NCBI GenBank assembly: GCA_037379345.1
Contig: CM074511.1
Span: forward strand, 14,012,001-14,076,000
Length of the DNA stretch: 64,000 nucleotides
Source of the DNA: Perna viridis
Lineage: Eukaryota
Direction: 5' to 3'
Positions 10,474 through 23,962 of the stretch are shown in pieces; within the stretch, counting starts at the first letter, position 1; the number at the start of each line of letters is the position of its first letter. The position numbers were made by a program, and so were the translations under genes. The notes below the pieces were generated by a model. The model had not been told where the DNA came from and ran no database searches. It saw nothing but the letters and a program-made list of their open reading frames with translations.

Positions 10474-11689
10474 AAAAAAAAATACTACATGTACTAACAA
10501 ATGACGTGGGGGCTCCTGTGACAAACAGGGCTTCTAGTTTTTATCAAAGAGCTCTACTTACATCTTCTTGGGATCAAAGTCATATGTCAACTTCTTATAG
10601 GAGTGATTCCTCTTTAAAATGTACAAATGTTTTGACTTCTATCTTGAAAACTGTAGTAGATTTAGAGACAAACTTTCAACTGAAGAAACCTTCCATTCTG
10701 GGTTAAATAAAGAAAAGATATTAGATATACTAGTACATATATTGACATTATACTCTCAACTTTAGATTTTATTATTGGAAGGGTTTACTACTTTAAATGA
10801 GGAAGGGCCCTCTTGATCTGCCTGTCAGACTTTTTATTTGACTGTTATTGAACCACCTTGATCTGCTTGTCATATTGAATGATTGGTCGATGTGATGACA
10901 TCATATTTGATTTAGTCTTTTTTGGATCTGCATTGACATGTGCAAATAAATTGTTTAACGTTTTAGTTATTGAATCAGGATTTTTTGCTGTTACTCAGAT
11001 AGCAAGAGTCAATGGTGAAAATAAATAGGGAGTTTTTTTCTCTAACACTGATATTTTTCAACCATAGGGAATAGCCTTTTACAGCATGTAATATAGTTTA
11101 CTATGAAGTGACTCTTTCCTTGATTGAGTGACCACTCCTGATGGAGGTTAAAATATTCAATAGTTTTTTTATGCAAAGTTTGATAGAAAGTATAAAGCTA
11201 CTTATTAGGAAGTTTATCAGGTGATTGTCATGCCTAACTCTATTCCCTGAAGTTAACTATATTACCATACTCGCTGTCAAAATATTTCCCCTGATTTTTG
11301 CTTTGATATGAATCCTTACATCTCTTCTTATGCTAAGATTTTATTCTGTGTTATTTATATTAAGAAAGCTAAGAACAAACTTCATTTTTTTTTATCTTTG
11401 TTGATTTTTTTTCTTATGCCTGTTTTAAAGTTTTAAAATATTTTTTTTTACAATGAGCAGCTTTATTAAAAAACTAGAAAATAAATTTCCAATACAAGTA
11501 CTTCCATTTTACTTTTACATTGAATTTTTGATGGTTAAGTACTTGTGCACTTGTCCATTATTTTTTACATACTTGTGATAAGTATCCTTGGAATATTCTA
11601 AAGAAATGTAGAAATCAAATTTTTGTCGGTTGTCATTGTTGGATTAAAATTTAAAAATGGAAGTAACATGTTTTCTGAATGGTAAAGAT

Positions 11690-12250
11690 TGGTTCGACAT
11701 GTTAAGTGGAATTCCTGAAAAAGTACGTCCTAAATTTGATTAAAACTTTTAAATATTGAATGACAAGCTATTACTGGAATTTAACATCAATCTGAATCAT
11801 TTAAAACTGATGTGGATAGAATTTTCATCAATAATTATAGAATTCACAGAATTTGGAAAATTACAACATGACGTGAGTGAATGTAAATGAGTCGTCATCA
11901 ATAAATTTACATTTAATATTTTCTGAGTAATTTGTTTATAAGACATCATGAAAGCTTAATATGTCACTAACTAATCTATAACGCAGAAACGCAGGCGATA
12001 ATTGAATAAACTCCTTGGTGTAATTCAGTATACGGAGAAAAGAAAACATGTAAATCACAACCGATTCAGAGTAATATTTACACTCCACCTTCGTGATATT
12101 GTCAAGTGGACGAATTCATCAAGTCTTAATCAAACATTGTTTGGCATCTACAATTCTGATTTACGTTTTTTTCACACCCTCTCTGATTCTTTTAATCTCC
12201 AGTTTTTCTATCATTCAATATTAAGATTTCATTTCGTCAAATGTAGCGTA
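11690..12250. promoter_or_regulatory. CpG-retaining unique patch with CRE/AP-1-like motifs (candidate enhancer or promoter)
   Basis: 14 CpGs in ~560 nt; atgacgtg at ~11868 and atgagtcgtcat at ~11887; no TE structure seen. Confidence 0.35.
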
Positions 12251-15200
12251 GAAGTTTCTATTTCATCTTATGGAAATAAAGATTGAGATTAATGGTGAAG
12301 AAGCTAGCTCTATGCTTTTAAGGAAAATTTGTTTAGGATAGCACTAATTTTTGACAATCAAGATTTTACATTAAAGGATTTGATTAGATGCCTAATGTTT
12401 GCAGAACTAGATTGAAATTCGTTAACTGTTTGAATAAGGTTGACTTTGTGGCAAGTTTGATATTTAGAATTTAATAATAATGATATAGCCACAAGCAAAT
12501 TAGTATTTACATGATCTGTTTTAGAAATAATTGAAATTGGTACAACTGAAGAAAAGGAAGTTACAAGAAGGAGTACATAGGGTTAAAAAAGCTAAGGTTG
12601 ACCTTGTTTTATCCAACTTGGCTTGCTGATACTACAGCTTAGAAGTATATACAACACTGATATATTGCTAACAAACTAATGAAGGTTTTGATTGAAATAG
12701 TTTAATTCCTCTCAAAGAAATAATCACAGTGTTTAATTAATATTGTGTAGTGGTTGAATTCAGTGGGTTCTAATATGCGATATGGCTTGTTTTCATCCCA
12801 TAAGACACTTTGAAATTTTGGGTTAATGCTTTCTATTGATGACCAGTTCTGAGTGGGATATAGAATTTCTACCTGTAACTACAGCAACTGATATAGTTAA
12901 CTTCAGTAAATTGATTTAGTCTTGATTGAATGACCATTACCTCATGAATCAACTGGACAATTAACAAGATTTAAACTTTTAATCATTTCATAAATTTTTA
13001 AATCTAAATTTGATAGAAAGTTAACAACTCCTTTTCAATTGACCAATTTGTCATTTAATCACAGGAAGACCAAGTCTGTTCCCAGAAATTAACTGTATTA
13101 CTCACTGTTCAAAAAACCTTAGAACTGCGCTGTCTAATCCATTGATCTATTATTGATTGAATCTGCCAATTGTGAAATTTGCCAATGGTAAATGTCTGTT
13201 TTACTTTTATATGCTACAGTATGTGTAAATTTATTCATCTATTAGTAACATCCATTTTGTGTAGTTATAAATTTGTATGCATTCTGTTTTTCATAATCCA
13301 AAACAGTTTTTTTCTACTTCAAATTTTCACTTTTCATGCCCCAAGCAACCAAGTTCACGTCCCGTTTGGATTAACATCAACCCTTTCCATGTTATCTTCA
13401 AGAGTTCTGAAGAGGAAGATTTCACATCATTACATGTTTTCATGTTATTTTTACGACTATAATCATTGTCCGTATGAAATTTCATACTTGACATGCTTAG
13501 ATTTGAAGTATAGTGCGCATGAGAGGATTTTATGTAAATTTGATCATTCGTTTTTGTTGTAATTATCATGTGGCAACATGATAACAAGTTTGCATATCCA
13601 TTAAAAGGCCACAAAGTCCATTTGATTAGGAAAGAAGTTTGAATTTTTGCCTACAGGCTGTACGTGCCAAGTTTTGGAATTATAACGGGAAGTCTGTCCA
13701 CTAATGGAACATTGTTTTTAATTTGATTGCATTATTAAATGAATTAAAGGTTTGTATTTTGATCAATAACTTTATCCGAGCTTTTGAAATGTTCTATAAA
13801 TTTGATCAGGAAATTTCCGTAGCAGTACCAATTGTTTTAATCAGAAACATGCTTTGCATGTTAAGAAAAGCAGTTGGATAGCTGTTATTTGGTTTGTAGT
13901 CTCTGGTATCTTATAAGGTGTAAGTCTGTATGGAGATAATTTAAATAGAAATCTATTGAAATGTCATCAGTAACATGCTGAGTCAATTGTCTTTCTTATG
14001 GTATTTATTGTTAGCTCTATCTTGTGATTTCCAGGATTGCTGTCTTTTATGCTGCAAGGATATCTAGAACAGAAAAAAGAATAGGAAATTTAAAGAATGT
14101 TAATTTAAACAAGCTACAACTTGCTTTGAATTTCAAGTTTTCTAATCATTCCTTAGCCTTTGTAGTAAAGATTCTTGCAAAATTCAGACAAAAAGCTTGG
14201 ATGATAAACAAGGCATTGTATTTCATCTTACTACATGTAATTGAAATGAAATATTGGATATAGTATTCATATTTCAAATTTTTACTGAAATAAAAGCAAT
14301 GTGTTTTAGATAGGTTTTAGCAGATTGTAAGAGAAAGACCTTCATAATTATGATTAATAAAAGAATTGGACTTAAATTTAACTGCTTCATTTGATAAGAT
14401 GAATTGTAGGTGCTTTGAGAATTCATAATCTACAAAAAATATCTTGAAAAATTGAAACTTGAATATTATCTGGAGAATTGAACCAAATCTGAAATATAAG
14501 AATTCTGTAATTTTTTTACATTAATCTTTGTAAGAAATTTGGCAGAATATGTATTATATTTTGACTGCAGTCTAGAATGTAATTTATAGTATGTTAATTG
14601 ATTAATGGATGTTCCCCATTCTGTGGCAGACGTTAGCTATTTGTTTCTGCTGGGTTTTGTGAGTTTTTCTATCACATTAATACTGGCTAGAGATATTTAC
14701 AGCTTTTCGGGTGCTTAAGGGTTCTTTTGAATTAAATCATTAGATGTACTTTAATGTCATGTCCAGGAACATTGATTATCTTGTTCAAACAAGGGTAATA
14801 AATACATTTGATGGACATTTTTTCCAGTAATTGCTTCTAGGTTGCTCTTTTGTTGAAGGATTACTTGTTTTACACCTTGAAATGTTGATTATTCATACAC
14901 AGTACAATTTTATACTGCAATTACTCTTATTTGTTTTATGAGAAGTTTGACTTGACAATAGAATTAATAAGAATAGGTTCCTCATGAAAAGTACATGTAG
15001 TTTTCAATAACAAAATAATAGGAAATTAAGAGACACATAACCCATGAGTATTGGTACCCTATAAACCATGCACAGAGTACATGTAACATCAAAGTATAAG
15101 CTTACTATTATATAAAGAAGGCCATAAGGTATTGTTTCTATTGCTAAAGGGGTATGTTTCGATCATTGTTTCTGTTGCTAAAGGGGTATGTTTTGATTAT

Positions 15201-15629
15201 CTTAAGTTAATCATTGAGAATAATTTTGTTAAATCATTGTTTTTTTTCTAGTTCTATGTGTATAATATGGAAACAAAAGTGTGAAATGAATAAATTTGAA
15301 TGATTTAGCTAAATACATTTCAATTTATGACATATTTCTTTGCCTAAAATATTTTCCTGATGCCTCAACAACTTAGATATTTTAATTATGACAGCCTGCT
15401 ATATCTAGACATAACTTTAAAAAAAGTTAGTTTGTCAAAGTTCTAGATCAGAAAACCACAGATCAAACCTATTACATGGAGCATTCTTTTCTGCCATCTT
15501 ACAAAATCATACAGACATATTTTTTGTCATAAACTTAAAGAGTTTTATATAAAGTTATAAGTAATTTTATCTTTCAGTTTTTTAGAAGTTTCCGAAATAT
15601 TGAAAATACTTACATAATTTATATAAGAT

Positions 15630-15771
15630 TTAGTAAAATATTGGCTTTAGTAAGGCTAAATTATCTCAAAATCAAGTTCTGTGACTTATGTTTTTACATT
15701 AAATTCTAAAGTACATACATTCAGAGTCATATTTGAGAAAAACCAGAAATATTAGGTATGAACTACCTTAA
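15630..15771. mobile_element. Partial Kolobok-like non-autonomous element (right end)
   Basis: Shares ttatctcaaaatcaagtt...ccagaaatatta with 21483-21859 and ends ctacc-ttaa. Confidence 0.55.
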
Positions 15772-16469
15772 ACTTTTCTAGGAATGTGAATGATGTTGCA
15801 GAAGACAAATCTGTGATACCTGGGTTTGTAATATTTTTATGAGTAATGGAGGAATGTGTCAATAAGTATTTTGAACAGTAATACCACAATAGTTCAATCT
15901 TTTGATTGAGTAAAGAGCAATCCACTAACATGAAATGATCAATTTTTAATACTTAGTTATCAACCACTAAAAAGTTCACCTTGAGAGATAGTTTTGAATT
16001 GATTGATTTTTGAATTGATCTTTCTTTAAGTGTAAATGCAAAGATTGATTGCAATCGATCTTCCTTAAATAAACACTACTGCTGTGCATGAGTGATGGAA
16101 AATTCAAGGGTACGATTGTATATTAATTATTGATGGTGAAAGGGACCAATAGTGGACTATTAAGAAACAAATTTGTTGATAGCAAATTATTGCACATGTA
16201 CATTTAGTAGTTGTGACAAGTATACCCCATAGATGGTCTGCTTTGCATTCTAAACAAAATTGTGTTTAAAATACACCATAACACACACTTCTTATAATGG
16301 TTTGTCTATGTAGTTGATATTGTATTAACTATACATAGGCCAGTGTAAGTGCATTGAAGTTGTAATGGATCTTGGTAGTGATAATGTAAATCAATTAAAG
16401 ATCAATTAATTTTTCTGCATGTGTTAATGTTGACTTCCCTGATATTTTCACAAAATAACTGGGTAGGAA

Positions 16470-16725
16470 TTTTTTGCACCTGTCCCAAGTTACGAAATTT
16501 GTGGCCTTGGTATGTATTGTTTCATTTTCACTTTCAGATTATGTTGCTGGAGTATATGTTGGCAATGAATTCACTGTACCTGTATAATGTTGATTTGGAG
16601 CCAGCTGTAGACTGCCCTATGGTGTAAGGGTTTCCTTTTTGTTCTTTACAGACCCATGAGCGTACAATTTTCATCCTGTTGGGGTTGTTGTCTCTTTGAC
16701 ATATTCACCATATCCATTCTTAGTA
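16470..16725 (+). repeat. Nin/Deu-domain-like interspersed repeat homologous to the PLE 3' region
   Basis: Contains gcacctgtcccaagt. tcactgtacctgtataatgttgatttggagccagctgtagactgccctatggtgtaagggtttcc aligns to the rc of 8325-8390 (tactgtaccggtatataatgatgttttggagccagccgcagtctgctctgtggtatgagggtttcc). Confidence 0.7.
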
Positions 16726-19700
16726 TAGGAGACTGGTATAAGCAAATTTACTGCTTAATATAAAAAAGGCTTCATTATCAACATTTGAGGCAGCCAACAT
16801 TTCTTGTTTTGTGTCATTTCTAATTATGAATCCATTGTGTCAGAGTTACCCTATAACATCCAAAGAGATAGTTACAATAATATTTTGACATGAAATATCC
16901 TTGTTAATCAGACCATCCAATGAATGAATGTATTCAGCATGATGTTGTTTGGTCTATTGGGAGGGACAAATCTTTCAGATGGATGTTCAGGGAGGTACCT
17001 TGCTAATTAAAAAGGGGACAGATGTGTATGTTTCTCTCTAGTGGGAAAAACAAATCAGTTAAATGACTGTTTAGGGAAGTCTTTAATGACTTTAATGAAT
17101 GAAAGTCATTGTAGTTTGGGCTCTGTATGAAATATAATCATATGTCAAGGTCAAGAGAAGATGATACAAATTTTGAGTTGAAAAAGTTCACAGTTAAGAA
17201 ATGTGTGGAAAAAGTATTGGTCTAGATATCAGTTGGTTTTCAAAATTATGTTACAGGAAAAAAGTCAAGCAGTATGCTGGGACTTTATGTAAGATTCATA
17301 GTGCTTTATCAGAAAGCTAGCGAGGCTGATAACTTAGCATTGTAATTAAAATTCAAGTGTATAAAATAGATCTTAGTTCAAACACATGGAACAATATATT
17401 TTAAAATCAGGTGTTTTATTCTTTCATTGCTAGATAGATAGTGATTTTTATCTTCTTTGTAAAACTTCATAGAAGGGGAGATAACTCTGTAATCTTCACC
17501 TATGGGAGTATCAACTGATAGAACAAATGTTCTGAAGTAATAGATCATTATTAAATTATAGATAATCATCCAAGGTCAAGTAAGGTCATTTTGATGGTCT
17601 ATCCCATTACCCAACCATCTGTTTTTGAACCAAAACCTGTTTTCCTTAATTATCCTGACTTAATGAAACTAATTGGAGATTATGAGGGTTTATGAGGTTT
17701 GCAATGGAACTTTATTGACCAGAAAAAATGTTTTTTGGTAGATTGCTCTATGATGAGTAATATGTTTTTTTTCTTAGTTATTCACAGTTTTAGATGATTA
17801 CCAGTATGGCCATATGATCAAAGCAAAATATTTACAATATTACTTTTACTTGTGAGAATTTTTTAAAATTTTTGGCTGCCAGAAAATTAATTTTCAGTAA
17901 ATTGCAAGAAAGAATGTTCATTTATACATTTGCCTTCAAAGAAAAAAAATTGGTTTATTTGAATATATTTATCCTATGATATGCCCAGTATGCATTTTCA
18001 GGGGATTTAAAAAAACTCATGGGTCAACCACTCATTAGAATTTCTATGCCTATTTCCTTTGTTCCTGAATCTTAATAGGTACTAATTGTCTGTCTGTCAG
18101 TCTGTTCTAATTGTATGTCTTCTCACCCCTATATTAAGATTTGTTATAACATCTGTTCAACCATGATTAAATTTTAGTTAAGTGTTTTAATTTTGTTTCT
18201 TTAAAACTTTTTAAAAAGTATTTTATAGCTTACATGCCTACATTTACCAGTAACTTGGGATTTTGCTGAATTGTCTTTTTTTTTTGGCTTTTTGTGAAGT
18301 TATATATTCCAAATGTATAAAAAGTGAATGTATATAGTGGAACATGGGAAAACTGTTCATTTATATTATTTCAAATGATGCATAATTGTAGATTTAAAAA
18401 AAAATTATCAAATATTGTGTAAGAGTTTTAACTCGTGTATGATTATGTAACTAAGTTTGAATTCTGCTGATTATAGTTAAAAGGGTATTCCTGTGAGGAT
18501 CAAGACCGAACTGCTGACTGGTTTTATCCAGATTTCTTCAGTAATCTGTTGGTAATTGTCATGTTTTGAAGTTTTTATCAGTCTGATTTGTTAAACAGGG
18601 TGAATACATTAGAAAATAAAAACTTTCAAGTCTTACACAATTTTCCTTGAATTTTTCATCAAAGTTACAATTTGTGCAATAATCTTCCAACTTAATTTTA
18701 ATGGTGATAAATGCTGTGATAGTAATTTCGTCTGAGCCTATGGTCTGAATAAAAGAGAGATTAAATCACAGACTTGTTTTCCATATGGAATGTTAGTGTA
18801 TTGTAATTAAAGGAATAAAAGACAGATTTCATAAAATGTCTTCTGCTAATTTCAATGCAACCAAATTCACATGTATAACTGCATGACTATGTAGAAAAAG
18901 CCTGGATTTTAGCACTTAAGAAGATAAACAGGAACTTTAGCTTTGTGATTTTTATTTTGAGATTAATCTTTACTTATGTCCATCTAGATTGTATTATGAA
19001 ATGTTTTTGTAAGACATATATTTAGGCTTACTGTTGAATCATCACATGCTGATGTGTTCTATAAAGCTTTCTTGATTTCCCATTTGTAAACTGAAAGTAG
19101 TCAAGAAAACTATGGAGACTCATTCACTGGTGTTAAAAAAGTGGTTTTATCAATTTGGTCAAAGATTTGGTATTATTGATTAATATATAAAATGGCTCTT
19201 TTACCATAATACATTGGTGAGTCAATCATTTAGTCCTCTGAGGGCTATAAATGAGTGATAAAAGACAAATCTCTCAAATGGACCATAGTCTACATTTACT
19301 TTATAAAAACATTTCTAAGATTTCTGGAATAGTTCCATAAAGGCCCTTCTTCTTTTAGATGAATAATTTTAATGTTTATTGGAGTATTAATTTCATCCCA
19401 CATAAAGTTAATTGACTAAGAAGAATCCATTTCAAAGAGACTTTAAAAGAAACATTTCAAATTTAGAGTTCAGCTGCTTGTGCAATTTTGTGGAAGGATA
19501 TTTGCACAAATTGGATCAATAGAAATGTATCATTTTTAATTGACGTCAGATTCAGATGAAATTTTGGATGTTTTGATCCATTAAAGGATCTATGTTTCGT
19601 ATTAATGTCAAATCTGTGGATAAATTGACAAAATGGTGGCATAACCCCTCATTTGTTTTTAGGCAGTAAAAGATTTGTAGAAGAATACAGGGAGATTCAA

Positions 19701-19775
19701 CAATTTAATGATATATGTATACTGTTTCAGACATTCGGCAGTTTAGTATAAAATTTCTAATAAGGTATTACTAGT

Positions 19776-20070
19776 ATTCATACCCCACATAACAAAGTTG
19801 CAGGGGCTAAATGTTTTTTACTTGTCTGTCTGTCTGTCTGTCTGTGCATCCCAACTTCTTGTCACATAGATAGCGTCCCATTTTTTTAATAGTTTCCTTT
19901 AAACTTTGGTGAATGGTTAGTAGCCTTAAAATATTGAATGGATTAGATTTTCACAGATATTAGTTAAGGGGGACTACATTTTAAATGGGTAAGTGAGGAC
20001 TGATTTTTTTCTAGTGTGAAAATGAGCATGCCTAGAGTATTGTGAGGGATAGTAGGTTTCTTTGCCTTTT
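19776..20070 (+). mobile_element. Degenerate HINE
   Basis: 5' IR cccc.ca.aac-aaa-gttgcagggg followed by about five TCTG units; the 3' end is degenerate. Confidence 0.5.
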
Positions 20071-20473
20071 TTTTATCTCACTATGCTAATCCCCCTGGCA
20101 TGGTAGCATGGCATAATAGTTAACCCCTTTTATCTCATTGACCTAACCGCTCTGGCATGGTAGCATGGCATGATGGTTAACCTCTTTTATCTCACTAACC
20201 TAAACTCTCTATCATGGCAGCATGACATATGGTTAACCCCTTTTATCCCACTAACCTAACCCCTCTGGCATGGCAGCATGACATAATGGTTAACCCCTTT
20301 TATCTCACTAACCTAACCCCTCTGGCATGGCAGCATGGCATAATGGTTAACCCCTTTTATCTCATTAACCTAACCTCTCTGGCATGGTAGCATGACATGA
20401 TGGCTAACCCCTTTTATCTCACTAACCTAACCTCTCTGGCATGGCAGCATGGCATTATGGCTAACCCCTTTTA
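20071..20473. repeat. 57-bp minisatellite, ~7 copies
   Basis: Unit ttttatctcactaacctaacccctctggcatggcagcatggcataatggttaacccc; unit starts at 20241, 20298 and 20355. Confidence 0.95.
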
Positions 20474-21482
20474 AGTTAGGGTTAGTTATACAAATCATAT
20501 TTTTAAATGCTCATTTACGGAATTCCAGATACTTTCTGATATAAAAAAATACCCTGTTTAAGAAAAAAAGATGTTTATAATGAAGTATGAAGTAAAGTTA
20601 CCAAAAATATTTGAGGTTTGTTCAATATTTACATACATCTTTAGTGTATTTAACATATCATCTTATGACTTTCTGATCATAAAGACATGATCTTTAATTC
20701 ATATTATAATGTCACAGCTAATTTTTCAATCAAATTTCAGTCTGTCTGTCTGTCTGTCTGTACCCCTTCTTTCTACTCAGTAATTATCTGAGCTTTGTGG
20801 GCATTAGATTCCCATTGACAACCTAAACAAAGTTAAAATTTCTGTCTTGTCTGGCGGTGAATAAAATGTCTCTAAATTCTGAACACAATGGTTTCTTAAA
20901 GCTCATGGGTCTTTTCTAATTGAATCTTTATGAGATGAGAAAAAAATATTCTCTAAGGATTCCATTGAATATTTCATGATTTTCCACCAAAAAAGTATCA
21001 AATGGTTCAATATCTTAAATGCTGCTAGACTAAATAAAGGAATTAAATCTCAATAAAAACCAAGAATTTGTGTCTTTAATGCATGTCTGATTAAGGGAAT
21101 AAATTTGCTATAAAAGAAGATTTTGTACACAAACTTTGTCTGTATGATCACAGAGTGGGCTGCATTGCCCTATAAATATTACTTTTCTCTGGGTGTGAAG
21201 TAGCAATCTTGACGGGGATAATGATAGGTCTCTGTTTTAGTCCTAAAATTTATCTCCTCCAAAGCAGTGATTAAGTTAGGGGTATTGGGATTTATGGCCA
21301 GTTAACAATATGTTGCAGAGAAAATTTTTACCATGAGGTTTTAAAGTGAATGATATTGATTTTCTAAGATCTATGAAAAATGAAAATGATGTAAAAACAG
21401 TTTGTTTAAATTGTTTTTAGAAAATTTTTGACATAAAAAATTGTATGGTAAAATTTTAAACACTATTTGTTTAAAGGCCTTT

Positions 21483-21859
21483 TTAAGGGGGATAATTTGT
21501 GGGAAAATGTTCTACAGAAATGTAACTTTAGGGTTTTTTTTAATGTTACAAAAAAAAAAAAAAAAAAATTGGTGACCCCCAATTTTCTTTTTGAATTATG
21601 AAAGAATGTCAGTTAGGTGTTCTTTATACAAATTTAGCAGAAATTCTATCTACCAGTTTTTTTATTAGTTTGCAAAATAGTAAAATTCAGAACAAGATCC
21701 ATATAAAAATTACCTTTATAATGGCTTAATTATCTCAAAATCAAGTTTGTTGACCTATGTTTCATACATTAAAATTCTTAAGTATGTTCATTTAATGTAA
21801 TCCTTTAGAAAAATCAAGAAAATTTATCTACCAGAAATATTATGTATTATCTACATTAA
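21483..21859. mobile_element. Kolobok-like non-autonomous element with TTAA flanks
   Basis: ttaa-gggggataat ... attatctaca-ttaa; internal homology to the 15.7-kb fragment. Confidence 0.55.
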
Positions 21860-22232
21860 AGTCATGATTCAATTTAGTTTTATTTTTACTATAAGATTCT
21901 ATTAAAAAGATATTTGTCTGATAATCTGCTTTTTTGCTGCTAAAAAATAGATACTGTAGTTATGTGTCCTTTTACTAAAATATAGCAAAAGTAAACAAGT
22001 ATTATCTTTAAAAAAGATAACTGACCCAAATTAATGCCTTGTTAATACCCAAAACGGATAATGATTTTATTTGGTTAACTGTGTGATCACTGTGTTATGT
22101 TTCGTATTTCTATTTCATTGGTTCAACAAGTAAACTATTTTAAATTATTCAACATATAAAAGATCATTAAATACATAAAATATTATTCAAAATATAAAAG
22201 TAATTGAAAATATTTTGGACACCATTGACCCC

Positions 22233-22318
22233 ATTGGTGCCTTAAATTTCATGGTTGCTATTACATTTGTCCAATGAAATTTGTGGTTGCCATGGTTAAG
22301 CATCATGGATGTCACGTG
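22233..22318. promoter_or_regulatory. Motif cluster: two CCAAT boxes, an RFX X-box-like site and a USF/MiT-TFE E-box
   Basis: attgg at 22233, ccaat at 22271, gttgccatggttaa at 22286-22299, gtcacgtg at 22311-22318. Confidence 0.4.
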
Positions 22319-23962
22319 GTGTCAAAGCGAACTCAAAACCAACTGTGTCTGAAAAAAAAAAAAATTTAAAGTTTGAAATCCAAATCATGAATTACTTTTA
22401 CAACTAAATGACAAGTTAACAATTCATTTTCCTTGAGAAATGTCTCCACATTCTAAAGTCACTGTTAGCAGCTTAATACATTGTTGATAAAAATTAAATT
22501 GAATAAGAAAGCAGTACTATGCCAAATACTACTTAATGGTATGAATGTGTTGCTTATAATGCTCGTGTACAAGTAATTCCCTCCTTTATTAGTTGGATAT
22601 CATTTGACATTTGCAGTTGTATCCAGCTGCTCTTGATGACACAATGATTTTATTTATTTTGGCGTATTATGTAAATGTACATGTATTTCTGAAATTAATT
22701 CACTGTGTTGACATGTTCAGGGATCTTAGACATTTCCTGCTGGTCACATTTGAGGTTGTATTTCTAGAAAAGCAAGCCTGTGGTTCACATGATACTGCAG
22801 AAGTGAACCTTTTCACATCTGTGTCAGTTGGCATTTCTAAACATCTATGCCATTCATGTAATTACTTCTATCTCAGGAAATATTGTTTTTACAAGCTTTA
22901 TAATGCATGTACTGTATGTTTTGATAAGAACCAATCTTGTCTGATTCCATGTTTTATGAAAACAGAAAACAGGAATAATTCTATCAAAAACATCTTTATT
23001 TTATTTACATGAAATCTTGTAATTGTAGGAGAGAATTGACAGATGTTTTAAACTGCACTTTGGTTGCAAAATGCTTTCACTGTGCTGAGTGCATGTGAAA
23101 AGATCACCCAAATCAGTGGCAATGGATGTTTCTTGAATCATGAAAAATGCTTTATGAGTTGTCTAGAATATACAACAAAAAGGAAAGGGGGCAGAAGTAA
23201 AGTGTTGCCAAAATGTCACAAATATCCTGTACTAATCATGACATACATCTGCCATTGCCAAGTCATAAAGATAGCATGAATTTTTAGAATAAAACAATAT
23301 CTTGAAGGAGAATGGTTAGATCAGCTCTATCTCTGCTGATGTACTTACAGTTATACATATATTGGTAATACACATTTAACAACTGTATACTGCAATCCCT
23401 GGGCTCATTCTTACATTATCAACTTTCATTATTCCTTCTCAACCACTGTTTTGCAGATTGAGTTCTTTTCAATTTTGTACCTTTGATGAGTCCTTGTACT
23501 TTTTACATTAACTTTCAGTTCAATTGGGCCACAATTTCTTGTTTGATTAAACTTGACTTTGTAAAGTTACCATATTGAGCATAAAAACGTTGATAATTTT
23601 TTTCTCACTTGATACTATAGACAGAATGTTTTCCTGTTTTTCCTGTCTGGTCTTTGTCCCTGGATTGCATTCTTTTGATTTCAGCTAGAATCTTGGTTCC
23701 CTTACTCTTTCCTAATTGTTATAGGACTTCAGCACTATAGGTTATGTGTTGTTTTCCATTTCTGTTCGACAAGCTGCATGTGGTTTGAAATTTGCTTTAC
23801 ATCTTTTCTGTTTTGGGTACTAAACCAGTATTCTTGAATTCCCATTTTCTGTTACCAAGGCAAGTGAAATGATAGATTTGACAGTTTTTTTATACTCAAT
23901 TTAAGAATGTTTGCTGCTCATGTACAGCCATTCTTATCAGATTTTTTTCACTTATCTGTGAC

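Noticed and set aside
22611-23012. 133-aa ORF, and similar 60-130-aa ORFs elsewhere such as 54462-54857
   Set aside because: Mostly non-ATG starts, F/L/I/C-rich composition typical of random AT-rich DNA, no domains and no supporting splice sites.
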